Assembly: GCF_006345805.1 (NCBI RefSeq)
Contig: NC_043009.1
Coordinates: 12,586,001-12,650,000, forward strand
Direction: 5' to 3'
From: Octopus sinensis
Lineage: Eukaryota
Length of the DNA: 64,000 bases
In this document: positions 23,691 to 33,375 of the stretch, in pieces
Numbering within the stretch: the stretch's first letter is position 1
Layout of the letters: each line of letters begins with the position of its first letter
Made by a program: the position numbers and the translations under genes
The notes under the pieces: model-generated
Database searches by the model: none
Told to the model about the DNA's origin: nothing
The model's input: only the letters and a program-made list of their open reading frames with translations

Positions 23691-26538
23691 CATGACTGAC
23701 CAGGCTATCAGATGTTGCTATACATTGCTGGTCACAATGCGCTTCGCATTGTTTTAGCCTTCAAATGACTCCACCCTGCTGGCTAAGCGAGCAGGCCAAC
23801 AGAAGAAAGAGTGAGAGAAAGTTGTGGCGTAAGAGTACAGCGGGGATCACCACCACACCTTGCCAGAGCCTCGTGGAACTTTAGGTGCTTTCGCTCAATA
23901 AACACTCACAATGTCTGGTCAGGGAATCGAACCCGTGATCCAACAACAACCATGAGTCCACTGCCCTAACCACTGGGCCACTGTGCATGCACGCACATAT
24001 ACGTGTGTGTGTGTGTATGTGTGTGTGAGAGAGAGAGAGAGAGAGAAAGTTTCACTTTTCTTCCTTCACTGGGACTGTCTCTGTACTGCTCCTGATTATT
24101 CTAAATACTCTTTACTCTTTTACTTGTTTCAGTCATTTGACTGTGGCCATGCTGGAGCACCGCCTTTAGTCGAGCAAATCGACCCTAGGACTTATTCTTT
24201 GGAAGCCTAGTACTTATTCTATTGGTCTCTTAAACCAAACCGCTAAGTTACAGTGACGTAAACACACCAGTATCGGTTGTCAAGCAATGTTGGGGGTACA
24301 AACACAGACACACATATATACATATATATGACGGGCTTCTTTTAGTTTCCGTCTACTAAATCCACTCACAAGGCTTTGGTCAGCCTGAGGCTATAGTAGA
24401 AGACACTTGCCCAAGGTGCCAAGCAGTAGGACTGAACTCGGAACCATGTGGTTGGTAAACAAGCTACTTACCACACAGCCACTCCTACGCCTATGATTAA
24501 TCCAAATAAAATATTTGTATTATCTAAAGTCTCTGTCTGAAGAATTTGTAATAGGAAATTCCTTACATGTCCATCTAATATATAAAACATTTTAATTCCT
24601 GTTAGCATCCACAACCTCTAGGATACAACCATCTGCATCTGAAGGTTTCATCAAGTACAATTTTTCGAATTTGGAGACCTATGGAGAAACCTTTTTTAAT
24701 TTTAACTTGACTCAGGGAAGGGAACTTTTCTGCAAGATATGCAAATGCGGCGGATTCTTTGTCGAAAGCTTTCACAAATTGCTTAAACAAATCAAGTTTA
24801 ATATGCGAAGGTGGTAAAAGAATTCTATCACTTTTCACAAGTGGTTTGTGCATGATGTATTTTCCTTGCTCAGTTTCATCTCGGAACGGCCAATCCTTGT
24901 GTACATAATGTTCAGCTCTTGCTCTGGAATTCCATAAGCACAGGAAGCAGGAAAATTTAGTATAGCCAAGCTGAAGGCCAGTAAGAATGACCACAACCTT
25001 AAAATCTGCACAAATATGCCAGGGATGGTCATCATATTGTATGCTTGTTAGAATTGCTTTCAGATTTTCATGATTCTTTCATGGTTGTGCTATAAGCTAT
25101 GCGAACAGAAGGCAGAGTGTTACCATTGTGTAGCAGAACAGCTTTGATGCTGTCCTTGGATGCATCTATGAAAAGTCGTCAGTTGGTTTTATTATATGGT
25201 ATTTCCAGCTGCTCAAAAAGTTCAGTGATGTCATTACAAAAGCATAAATCATCCTTCATGGTAAACAATGCAAGTAGATCCTCAGTACGTTTTCTGTACA
25301 GTGTTATCTTCACTCCTTTCTCAAGAAGATTACGTTCTTGAAGCCTTGATGCCAGAAACTCACTTTTCTCTTTGGGTCAAATAGAGATCCCTGCACAAGT
25401 CATTTAGAGCCTCTTGAGAAAATGGCATTGGTTTATTTTCGCTTTCTGGATCATTGGGCTCCACACATTCACCACTGGAATGTTCATCAGCACTGCTGGA
25501 ACTCTGCATTTCTTGATCTGGAGGTTTGGGCACAAGTAAATTTTCTGAGTGCTCTACTGGGCGCATTGCTGATTGCAAATTTGGGTAAACAATGTGTTTC
25601 TTTTTCTTTGCTGTAGTACAGCCTGTAAAGTCATGGTGACAGAAATAGCAATCATTAGAGTGATCTTTCTGCTCACACCAAACTTCATGTGAACATTTTC
25701 TCCTGCATACCAGGCACTCAATGCTTTCACACATGTAAGGCAACACACATGAGGAGCCCATGACTTATCCTGGTCTCCTAAGTAACAATTGAAGATGCCT
25801 TATATATTTTCTTGATATGGTGTGTAATACTGCACTTTTCTTTAGCAAAAGTCAAATCCCCACAGATATAAACCTCTTATATGGATAGTTTTACACTGGT
25901 TTAATATATTATATCTTGAAGATATATTTCTTCAATAAATATATATATATATACAATAAAATATAAAATATTATTAAGAAAATGGAGAGAATAATGGATA
26001 TAAATTAATTTATCAATTAATTAACATTGCCTACAATTGTTTCAATTTACACCCAAAACAATTTGCCCTGAAGATATTTTGCCCAAAATCTTCAAAATGC
26101 AAACTTATTTTATTATATGTTTTGTAATTTGTATTGGGTGTAAATTGAAACAATTGTAGGCAATGTTAATTAATTAATAAATTGATTTATATCCATTAAT
26201 CTCTCCATTTTCTTACACAATAATGTGATTGTGTGTGAGTGTATCTGCCTGTCTTTGTGTTTGCTTGTACTCCCACCATCACCACTTGACAACCGGTGTA
26301 ATGGTGTGTTTACGTCGCCGCAACTTAGTGGTTCAACAAAATAGACTGAGAGAATAAGAACCAAGCTTAAAAAAAAACAAAACAAATACTGGGGTCGTCA
26401 ATTCGTTCAACTAAAAAACCCTTCGAGGCAGTGCTCCAGCATGGCCGCAGTCAAATGACAAACAAGTAAAAGAATATTTATATGAATATATATGTGCCCC
26501 AGCATGGCCACAGCTCGTGACCTGAAACTAGATGAAAA

Positions 26539-26570
<32 letters not shown>

Positions 26571-29500
26571 AATTAATGAAACATTTGATTTGATCGGTTT
26601 AAATCCAGGGATTTTCCAGGGAGAAAAACTAGAAATAGTTGATAGTTTCCGTTACCTAGGTGACCAAGTCAGCAGCGGGGGCGGGTGTGCTGAAAGTGTA
26701 ACTGCTAGAGTAAGAATAGCTTGGGCAAAGTTCAGAGAGCTCTTACCTCTACTGGTGACAAAAGGCCTCTCGCACAGAGTGAAAGGCAGACTGTATGATG
26801 CGTGTGTACGAACAGCCATGCTACATGGCAGTGAAACATGGGCCGTGACTGCTGAGGATATGCGTAAGCTCGCTAGAAATGAAGCCAGTATGCTCCGATG
26901 GATGTGTAATGCCGGTACTCACACTCGGCAGAGTGTAAGTACCTTGAGAGAAAAGCTGGACCTAAGAAGCATCAGTTGTGGTGTGCAAGAGAGACGTTTG
27001 CGCTGGTATGGTCATGTGGCGAGAATGGATGAAGATAGTTGTGTGAAAAAGTGCCACACCCTAGCGGTTGAGGGAACCTGTGGAAGAGGCAGACCCAGGA
27101 AAACCTGGGACGAGGTGGTGAAGCACGACCTTCGAACTTTAGGTCTCACTGAGGAAATGACTAGAGACCGAGACCTCTGGAAGTGTGCTGTGCGTGAGAA
27201 GACCCGGCAGGACAAGTGAGTCCATAACCCGTGGCCTTCTACATGGGATGGAGCCAGCCTACGTATGCATACCTTCCCTTCTTGGGACACAAAACTCTAC
27301 TTGTGAAGACGTGATGAGGCAAATGAGGATCAGAATCGAAATCGATCAATGGAAATTGCGGATGTGCTACCAGTGCCGGTGGCATGTCAAAACTCTGCTT
27401 GTGAAGACCCGTTGAGGCAAGTGACGATCAGAATCGAAATCGATCAATGGAAATTGCAGATGTGTTACCAGTGCTGGTGGCATGTAAGAGAACTTTCCGT
27501 TTCGCGACCGTTGCCAGCACCGCCCCGTTTCGTGTCCGTTGCCAGCCTCGCCTGGCCCTCGTGCCGGTGGCACATAAAAAGCACCATCCGTTCGTGGCCG
27601 TTTGCCAGCTCTGTCTGGCACCAGTGCGGGTGGCACGTAAAAAGCACCCACTACACTCACGGAGTGGTTGGCGTTAGGAAGGGCATCCAGCCGTAGAAAC
27701 ACTGCCAGATTTGACTGGGCCTGATGAAGCCTTCTGGCTTCACAGACCCCAGTAGAACCGTCCAACCCATGCTAGCATGGAAAACGGACGCTAAACGATG
27801 ATGATGATGATGATATGTGTGTGTGTGTGTAATTAATGAAACATTTGATTTGATCGGTTTAAATATCAGCAAAGCCACTGCATTAAAAAAAAAAGGATCT
27901 TTTCGGTTTGACCGGCAGTTTTTTCTAGCAGTGTCATATGAAATTGTCACCCATAATTATGACCCTAGTATCGATCTATTGCATTTCAGTCTGTTTTAGG
28001 CTTAGGGTTAGGGGTGGAGGAAGGGTATCTTTTTTTCTTCACAAATGTAAATAAACCCAATGTGTTTCTTAAACGAGAGACATATTCATACGGCACAGAA
28101 TGCTTTCACCTCAATAGACGTCATTGATTGGTTGAAATAGCAGAAATTGAAGAAAAAAACAAATATCTTACAAACTATAGAATCTTCTCAATAAAGCCAA
28201 GAGAAAAAGATGTTTTATAAACACATTCTACCAGTATACGAAGTTTAAAAGTGTTTAGTTACGTGGAAATTATTTAAAAAAACTGCCGGTCAAACCGAAA
28301 AGATCCCCCCAAAATTCTGTTGCAATACGAAGGTATTTAAACGGGACAATCGATAGCATTTGTTCTCAGAGCGGTCATCGATCTTACTGCTGGTTTTTCG
28401 TAGATTTCCGTAAAAAAATTTTACTTATTTATTTTTGTTTTCATGACGTGTCGAAAGCGGCGGAAAGTGAAATAGACGAGAGCGCGTACGCACACACACA
28501 CACACACCCATTGAAAGATAACGGTTGGACCTATGTGTGTGAGTGAATACAAATATGTAAATACGAACACGCTCCCGCGCACGCACACATACACTCGTTA
28601 TATTTCGTATACACGCACACAGATAACGCGCACACGCACCCGGACATGAAAACAAACAGACACGTCCGCCCATAACGGTTTATTATACACTAATGCCAAT
28701 ACGGAGACCACTCGCAATACGAAAACTCGTAATACAGAGCATTAATTCCCCATAGGAGCAATATTATAAATCGTAATTCGTTCCCAGGAAAATATTTTAC
28801 CTATAAAATTTATAATACTATAAAACCAACCACATAGTTCCCGGGTTCAGTCCCACTGCTTGGCACCTTGGGCAAGTGTCTTCCTATATAGCCTTGGGCC
28901 GACCAAAGCCTTGGGAGTGGATTTGGTAGACGGAAACTGAAAGAAGCCCGTCGTATATATGTATGTGTTTGTGTGTCTGTGTTTGCACCCCTAACATCGC
29001 TTGACAACCGATGCTGGTGTGTTTACGTCCCCGTAACTTAGCGGCTCGGCAAATGAGACCGATAGAATAAGTACTAGGCTTACAAAGAATAAGTCCTGGG
29101 GTTGATTTACTCGACTAAAGGCGGTGCTCCAGCATGGCCACAGTCAAACGAATGAAACAAATAAAAGAGTAATATTCATGACAATAAAACAACAATAGAA
29201 TGTAAATAAAAAGAAAGTCAAAATTATTCATAATAGAAAATATTATATTCGCCTAATCGTTTTCTGAATCATTTTCACTCGCCCTTGTAGACGCGATCCC
29301 AGATTCACAAACACTCGGAGAAGGACTTGTAGATTTCTTTTCAAAAAAAACCAGTCTAGAGTTGTTTGCTCAGAAGATTTTTTGTTCGCACTCTATAAAT
29401 TTCTCGGTAACACGCAGAAGCATTTGTCATGAGAATAGAAACTATTACACTTCATTAAAAATTTGTAAACCAGGAGTCTCGTAAAGAGGGCCCTCGTAAA

Positions 29501-32500
29501 GTGAGGCATTACTATACATGTACAAACATTGTGCTAGTGTTGCCAACTTAAAACCAGAATTTTATGCTAAATTTCAGAAGAAAAAATACCAAAAGAAATG
29601 CTAAAGACTAATTATATCAACAAGCTTAATTTTTATTTACATTCTTTAATTATATTCAGCTTTGAGAAATAATTTCTTGAATTTCACTGATTTGATAACT
29701 TTCAGCTGCAATGCCTAGGTCTTGACTTCTGTATACATTCAAGGTCCCAATCTTGTTAATCATATGTTTTGGAATATCAAAGTTTCTGCAACATTTGCCA
29801 TATCTTTTCAGGCCATATTTTATGGACAGTATTGATCTAAGCATAGGAAGATACATTTTGTTTGTCAATTTTGATTTGATTACACCCATACTACTGAACA
29901 ACCATTCAACTTCTGCATTTATGTTTGGCGATGTCAATAGATTAATGGCAAAATTGGCAACATCTCTAAAAGGATTTCCTCCAGTAGCATCTTTATATTC
30001 CAAGACTTCCAGCCAGAATACTTCGCTATTAGACATATTTGTCCATTTAACTAAATGAATGCTATTAAACTGAATTTCAATTGAAGCAATTTTTTCTTCA
30101 TTTAAATGCAATGCTTCCAAGACAGGTAAAATTGGCTCTTTGAAATGCTGCAAAATATTCTCTACTGAAAAACATTTGATATTCCTCAGTATATTAATAT
30201 TTCCTGGCAAACGGTGCTTGAGCTAATTGTTGTGCTCTTTTGTGAATATTATTTCCTTCGGTGGCTGCTACAGTCTTCATGGTAATCATTTCTGCTATCT
30301 TTCTTTCGAACCTGTAGCCTAAATTTGGTTTAGGATCCAGAAATTTTTCAATAGAAGCATCTGGATCAAGAGGATCAATTCTACATGTTGGCAACACTAT
30401 CATATTAACAACAGATTTGATCAAATTTGAAAGGTCTTCAAGTAATTTTGTTTTGTCAAAAGTGTTTGATTCAAACAGTTTATTCACTTCCTGAACATGT
30501 TTTAAAATTGGATTCAAAAATAAATGGTAAAGTTCCTTCCTAGAATCACAAAACATTCCATGTAACATTTGTGTTGTAAAGCATTTTTCTTTTGTAGTTG
30601 TACTTTGGAAGTGAGTTTGCAATTCAAACCATTGGCTTAAAATTCTATTTACAGTTGGTTCTCTTGACAGCCACCTAATTGTACAAGAATTCACAATTTT
30701 CAAAGGCTCTTTATCACGTCACCAAACAAAAGTAAATAAATAAGAACTTTTTACAGAAATTAACGAAGTCTGAGACAGTTCTGACTGCCTTAAATGGCTT
30801 ACAAAGAATAAATACTGGGGTCGATTTGCTCGACTAAAGACTGTGCTACCGCATGGCCACAGTCATATGACTGGAACAAGTAAAAGAATAAATATATAGA
30901 TGGGTGTATAAAGAGATAGATATGTCTTCTTGGGGGTAAAACAACTGTAACACCGTCCTCTATAGGACCGCCACATTTGGAGAATATATTGTATCCCACA
31001 CATCTAGTTTATACAAATTTTGTAGCCGCACTAACAACTACGTAGCTTACCCACTTTGGTTAGAAACTGTAAATGCACAGCCGTTTTCAGATGATCCACA
31101 AAATTTACGAAAACCTTCACAGAGCATAAAACACGTCGTAGACCGTTAGACGGTTCCTCCAAGATGTATATTGATTTAATTTCTTGTCTTCTCGCTCTCT
31201 CTTTCTCTACAACCCATTTTTAAGTATATTAACATTTTGTGAAGTTCCCATTAAAATAAAGTTCTCGCACATACAACATACAGATATATTGCCTATAATC
31301 ATTACTTTTAATTTCGATGAATAGGGTTTAATAGAGAGACAGGTAATCAGCATCTCTACAGTGACGTTAATTTTGATAATAGTCAAACCAAGATTCGGAG
31401 CACCGTAAAGTGATATTGGTTGTGGTAAATATATGACTGTATCAGTATAGGTGCTTTCATTTGTCAAAGGAATTTAAATGGGCAAACAAGATCTAACGAG
31501 AACACCTCTACAGTAGGGGCCAGTAAACAGTAAAAAGGCCTGGACTTTTTCTATTAGAAAGTGTTTTAGAATTATATTTAATGCATTTGAGGGGGCTAGT
31601 ACAGTTTCGTAACTCTCCTTGAAAAATGCATTTTTTTTTGAAAATTTTTTTTTTATATATCTGATTCCAACGTTTTAGATGTCGGAAATTACAAATATGC
31701 AAAAAAAAAAAAAAATCCCCCCACTTCCACCAAAACCAACCCCACTCCCTGCTCCCATTTAAAATTTTGAACTTTTTCGAAATTTCTTTTCCAATGTTTT
31801 AGATGACAAAGATTCCGGATACGCAAGAAACCATGTTTTGTAACTTTTGAATTCAACAGGCGTAGGAGTGGCTGTGTGGTAAGTAGCTTGCTTACAAACC
31901 ACATGGTTCCAGGTTCAGTCCCATTGCGTGGCACCTTAGGCAAGTGTCTTCTATAGCCTCAGGCCGACCAAAGCCTTGTGAGTGGATTTGGTAGACGGAA
32001 ACTGAAAGAAACCCGTCGTATATATATATATGTGTGTGTGTTTGTCCTCCAACATCGCTCGACAACCGATACTGATGCGTTTACGTCCCCGTAACCTAGC
32101 GGTTCGGCAAAACGGACCGATAGAATAAATACTAGGCTTACAAAGAATAAGTCCTGGAGTCGATTTGCACGACTAAAGGCGGTGCTACCGCATGGCCACA
32201 GTCATATGACTGAAACAAGTAAAAGAGAAAAAGAATAAATATATAGATGGGTGTATAAAGAGATAGATATGTCTTCTTGGGGGTAAAAAACAACAGTAAC
32301 ATCGTCCTCTATAGGACCGCCACATTTGGCGAATATATTGTATGAATAAACGGATAAGGATAAATAGACAAATAAATAGATGGATGAAAAAGTTCAAAAT
32401 TTAAAATTGGGGGAGGGGTGAAATATGAGCCCCTTATTAAACTTTATAATATTAATTATTAAATATCAATGTTTGCTTCTCATGCGGATGTTGTGTGTAT

Positions 32501-33375
32501 TTAATTTACATTATATTATTTATGGGCGTAACTTCGGTATAAGTACCGGATACATTTCAAGAAAGTGTTTTTTTTTATATATATATGGGGGGTTGGGGTT
32601 AGGGGTGGGAGAAGAGGTTTCTCTTATCTTCAGAAATATAAACAAAGTCACATGTGTACCTATACCGAAGGATCGCCTATTTATGATTATTTAAAGCAAA
32701 CAAGTAAAACGAAAATTCTTTTCACTTTAATGTTTTTGAATTTAATTTCGATTTGCATCTCCCACATAAAAAAATGCATTTTTCAAGGAGAGGCGCGAAA
32801 CTGTATTGGGCCCCATTTGAGGGTCATTCAGCAGTTAGCTAATGGTTTAGGGTCCTTTGTGTCACGATTAAATTTTTGTTAGCATAAGCTCTGAATGGAG
32901 AGATAGAAACAGAGTATTTTTATGTAAAGATACATGATGTTCATGCGGGCTACGAACAAAGATGCAATAATTAAAAGAGAGGCATTGCAAAAAAAAAACA
33001 ATCGCTCATTCTCGCTGTGTTGCCAATCGATCTACACAAGATATCAGTAAAACTAAAAATCATGCCCAAGCGTTTAAAAAAGAATAGAGACGGGTTTGTA
33101 TAATGTAGGACGATCACAGCTGGAGCACTTGTCATCAAGGTTTTCTGCTCCGTCAGAGCAGATTCATTGAACTTATAAACCATTCCAAACTTTGTTGGAA
33201 TAAAAATTACATTTAAAGTAAATGTGAATTTTCTGGAAGTCTGAGTTAAAATTACTAGATATGAATTTTAACCAACCTTCTCCTTGTGTGTCTCCATTTC
33301 CTCCAAGGAGGGAATTTGGAATAAGCGACGTGCTCCCGCCATCATCGAATCATTCGGATTAAAATAGGGTTGCAT
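620..33375 (-). CDS. ERCC1: DNA excision repair protein ERCC1, spliced; 338 codons in window, final exon outside window
   Basis: Exons 33375-33277, 18492-18170, 14970-14901, 13410-13307, 9375-9276, 7151-7075, 6230-6131, 4559-4488 and 688-620 all have GT-AG boundaries and consistent phases. They translate to ...[129 protein letters not shown].../[16 protein letters not shown].../[23 protein letters not shown], i.e. the ERCC1 central and HhH2 domains. Exon sizes 104/100/77/100/72/69 match human ERCC1 as recalled. Confidence 0.97.
901..1290 (+). mobile_element. Short RTE-derived bipartite non-autonomous element (5'UTR-like head plus (TAAG)n tail)
   Basis: GC-rich island; GAGCTATGCC...GGTAGGGCCACCCAAG resembles RTE/BovB 5'UTR sequence as recalled; it ends in AAGTAAGTAAGTA; flanks actatactac / accctactac may be a decayed TSD. 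Confidence 0.5.
1500..2650 (+). mobile_element. Decayed RTE LINE, RT C-terminal part, with an internal 115-bp tandem duplication
   Basis: [17 protein letters not shown] and [33 protein letters not shown] peptides; the block starting CTGGAATCATAGGGC repeats at 1561 and 1676. Confidence 0.85.
2658..3435 (-). repeat. Four-copy tandem array of a tRNA-derived SINE (family C), about 184-bp period
   Basis: Units start at 2658, 2842, 3026 and 3209; only the last keeps the tRNA-like head. Single copies of the family are at 19440-19680 (+) and 43455-43678 (-). Confidence 0.9.
4140..4440 (-). mobile_element. GC-rich Penelope-LTR-like remnant with two degenerate hammerhead-like cores
   Basis: The minus strand reads CTGAAGA(4287-81)...GGCC-GAAAC-CGG and CTGATGA(4208-02)...GACCAT-GAAAC; a GTCACGTGAC palindrome lies near 4420. 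Confidence 0.35.
4488..4559 (-). CDS. ERCC1: ERCC1 exon 8 ([24 protein letters not shown])
   Basis: 72 nt, first HhH motif, canonical splice sites. Confidence 0.96.
4848..5213 (-). mobile_element. tRNA-derived SINE, family A
   Basis: Reverse complement of the GGCGCAGGAGTGGCTGTGTGG...GGTTCAGTCCC...CCAGCATGGCC.CAGTCAAATGACTGAAACAAGTAAAAGAG consensus seen in many copies in this window. Confidence 0.85.
5430..5990 (-). mobile_element. LINE RT C-terminal fragment, same family as 39140-39680
   Basis: [71 protein letters not shown], a non-LTR RT thumb-like region. Confidence 0.85.
6131..6230 (-). CDS. ERCC1: ERCC1 exon 7 ([25 protein letters not shown]...)
   Basis: 100 nt, [11 protein letters not shown] motif. 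Confidence 0.97.
7075..7151 (-). CDS. ERCC1: ERCC1 exon 6 ([26 protein letters not shown])
   Basis: 77 nt, canonical splice sites. Confidence 0.96.
8655..9055 (+). mobile_element. tRNA-derived SINE, family A
   Basis: Full head, central (TA)/(TG) microsatellite, GTAAAAGA tail. Confidence 0.9.
9276..9375 (-). CDS. ERCC1: ERCC1 exon 5 ([12 protein letters not shown]...VQVDV)
   Basis: 100 nt, canonical splice sites, LSLRYHxLHPxYI motif. Confidence 0.97.
9969..10840 (+). repeat. RTE 3'UTR-derived composite with 62-bp tandem units and (GAT)n tail
   Basis: Same sequence that follows the RTE stop at 27219; a block repeats at 9969/10327, and 62-bp units start at 10511, 10573 and 10635. Confidence 0.85.
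11270..11550 (+). mobile_element. CR1-type LINE 3' end
   Basis: [27 protein letters not shown] (RxxFFxxRVxxxWNxLP motif) and an (ATT)n tail. Confidence 0.7.
11757..12166 (+). mobile_element. About 410-bp MITE with GGATCTTTTCGGTTTGA(A/C)CGGCAGTTTTT TIRs, copy 1 of 5
   Basis: About 28-bp TIRs; homologous copies at 27895-28306 (reverse), 45394-45672 (rearranged), 54183-54589 and 61327-61746. Confidence 0.9.
12400..12621. mobile_element. piggyBac-type MITE
   Basis: TTAA|CCCTTT ... AAAGGG|TTAA termini with a TTAA TSD (12396-99, 12622-25). Confidence 0.75.
13307..13410 (-). CDS. ERCC1: ERCC1 exon 4 ([16 protein letters not shown]...)
   Basis: 104 nt, canonical splice sites, hallmark RGNP..NVPWEF motif. 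Confidence 0.97.
13495..13992. mobile_element. Head-to-head inverted pair of a tRNA-headed element with a Penelope-type hammerhead-like tail
   Basis: Arms 13495-13700 and 13730-13960 are reverse complements. The centre holds a tRNA-like B box (GTTCGATTCC on minus). Each arm has a trinucleotide run followed by CTGAAGA-A-GGCTG..CAGCC-GAAAC (13873-13905; degenerate minus copy 13542-13587). Confidence 0.65.
14199..14460 (-). mobile_element. RTE-like LINE C-terminal fragment
   Basis: [12 protein letters not shown]...[13 protein letters not shown] peptide. Confidence 0.75.
14901..14970 (-). CDS. ERCC1: ERCC1 exon 3 ([24 protein letters not shown])
   Basis: Pyrimidine tract+AG acceptor, CAG|gtaaga donor, NSIIVxxRQ motif. 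Confidence 0.95.
15023..15420 (+). mobile_element. tRNA-derived SINE, family A
   Basis: Full-length copy of the family A consensus. Confidence 0.9.
15721..16132 (+). mobile_element. Retrozyme-like / Penelope-LTR-like unit, 335-bp period with about 78-bp direct terminal repeat
   Basis: Direct repeats at 15721-15798 and 16056-16132 flank a hairpin-dense interior with the hammerhead. Confidence 0.55.
15914..16055 (+). ncRNA. Type I hammerhead ribozyme at the apex of a long hairpin
   Basis: CCCTGGA-CTGATGA-(C)GGG CAAGA CCC(A)-GAA-ACATGCATGT-C-TTCGGG: core CUGAUGA 15968-74, GAAA 15988-91, palindromic stem III 15991-16000, GUC site at C16001, and a 6-bp stem I extended by further helices. Confidence 0.8.
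16760..17095 (-). mobile_element. LINE apurinic-type endonuclease fragment (CR1/Jockey-like)
   Basis: HGGVAMY and [13 protein letters not shown] (GDFN-like) peptides on the minus strand. Confidence 0.55.
17098..17503 (-). mobile_element. tRNA-derived SINE, family A
   Basis: Near full-length reverse copy. Confidence 0.9.
18170..18492 (-). CDS. ERCC1: ERCC1 exon 2, Ser/Thr-rich low-complexity linker
   Basis: ttttcag|CCT acceptor and AG|gtatta donor; 323 nt open, and the phase fits both flanking exons. Confidence 0.85.
21619..22006 (+). mobile_element. tRNA-derived SINE, family A
   Basis: Full-length copy. Confidence 0.9.
22430..23555 (+). repeat. RTE 3'UTR-derived composite with five 62-bp tandem units
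   Basis: Units at 23102, 23164, 23226, 23288 and 23350, then the shared CCACTACACTCTCGGAGTGG...GATGAT tail. Shorter relatives are at 7770-8395, 17840-18130, 18740-18955 and 36845-37060 (-). Confidence 0.85.
24106..24492 (-). mobile_element. tRNA-derived SINE, family A
   Basis: Full-length reverse copy. Confidence 0.9.
24602..25880 (-). pseudogene. Frameshifted DNA transposase, probably CMC/Chapaev(3)-like
   Basis: Pieces YICG...[17 protein letters not shown]...[13 protein letters not shown]...[13 protein letters not shown] and [26 protein letters not shown]. The superfamily call is from recalled motif similarity. Confidence 0.7.
25975..26215. repeat. Foldback/MITE with about 80-bp inverted arms
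   Basis: TAAGAAAATGGAGAG...TTTACACCCA (25975-26055) versus TGGGTGTAAA...CTCTCCATTTTCTTA (26135-26215). Confidence 0.8.
26605..27814 (+). mobile_element. Young 5'-truncated RTE LINE insertion with open C-terminal ORF, 3'UTR, (GAT)n tail and long TSD
   Basis: About 205 uninterrupted codons (FRYLGDQVS...LHGSETW...[13 protein letters not shown]...RGRPRKTW) ending at TGA 27219; flanked by a duplicated (GT)n-AATTAATGAAACATTTGATTTGATCGGTTTAAAT. Confidence 0.92.
27895..28306 (-). mobile_element. GGATC-TIR MITE, copy 2
   Basis: Reverse-orientation full copy with both TIRs. Confidence 0.9.
28822..29170 (+). mobile_element. tRNA-derived SINE, family A, 5'-truncated
   Basis: Matches the consensus from AACCACATAGTTCCCGGG onward. 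Confidence 0.85.
29535..30725 (-). pseudogene. hAT transposase 3' half with right terminus
   Basis: CTIRWLS, FW...[20 protein letters not shown] (hAT dimerization-domain-like), one frameshift, and a TAGTGTTGCCA hAT-type terminus at 29535. Confidence 0.8.
31859..32226 (+). mobile_element. tRNA-derived SINE, family A
   Basis: Full-length copy inside a decayed foldback element. Confidence 0.9.
33277..33375 (-). CDS. ERCC1: ERCC1 coding exon 1 ([33 protein letters not shown])
   Basis: ATG at 33375, phase-0 donor AAG|[17 protein letters not shown] resembles the N-terminal KKFVIPLDE motif of ERCC1. The true start could be the Met at 33345 or 33342. Confidence 0.75.
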
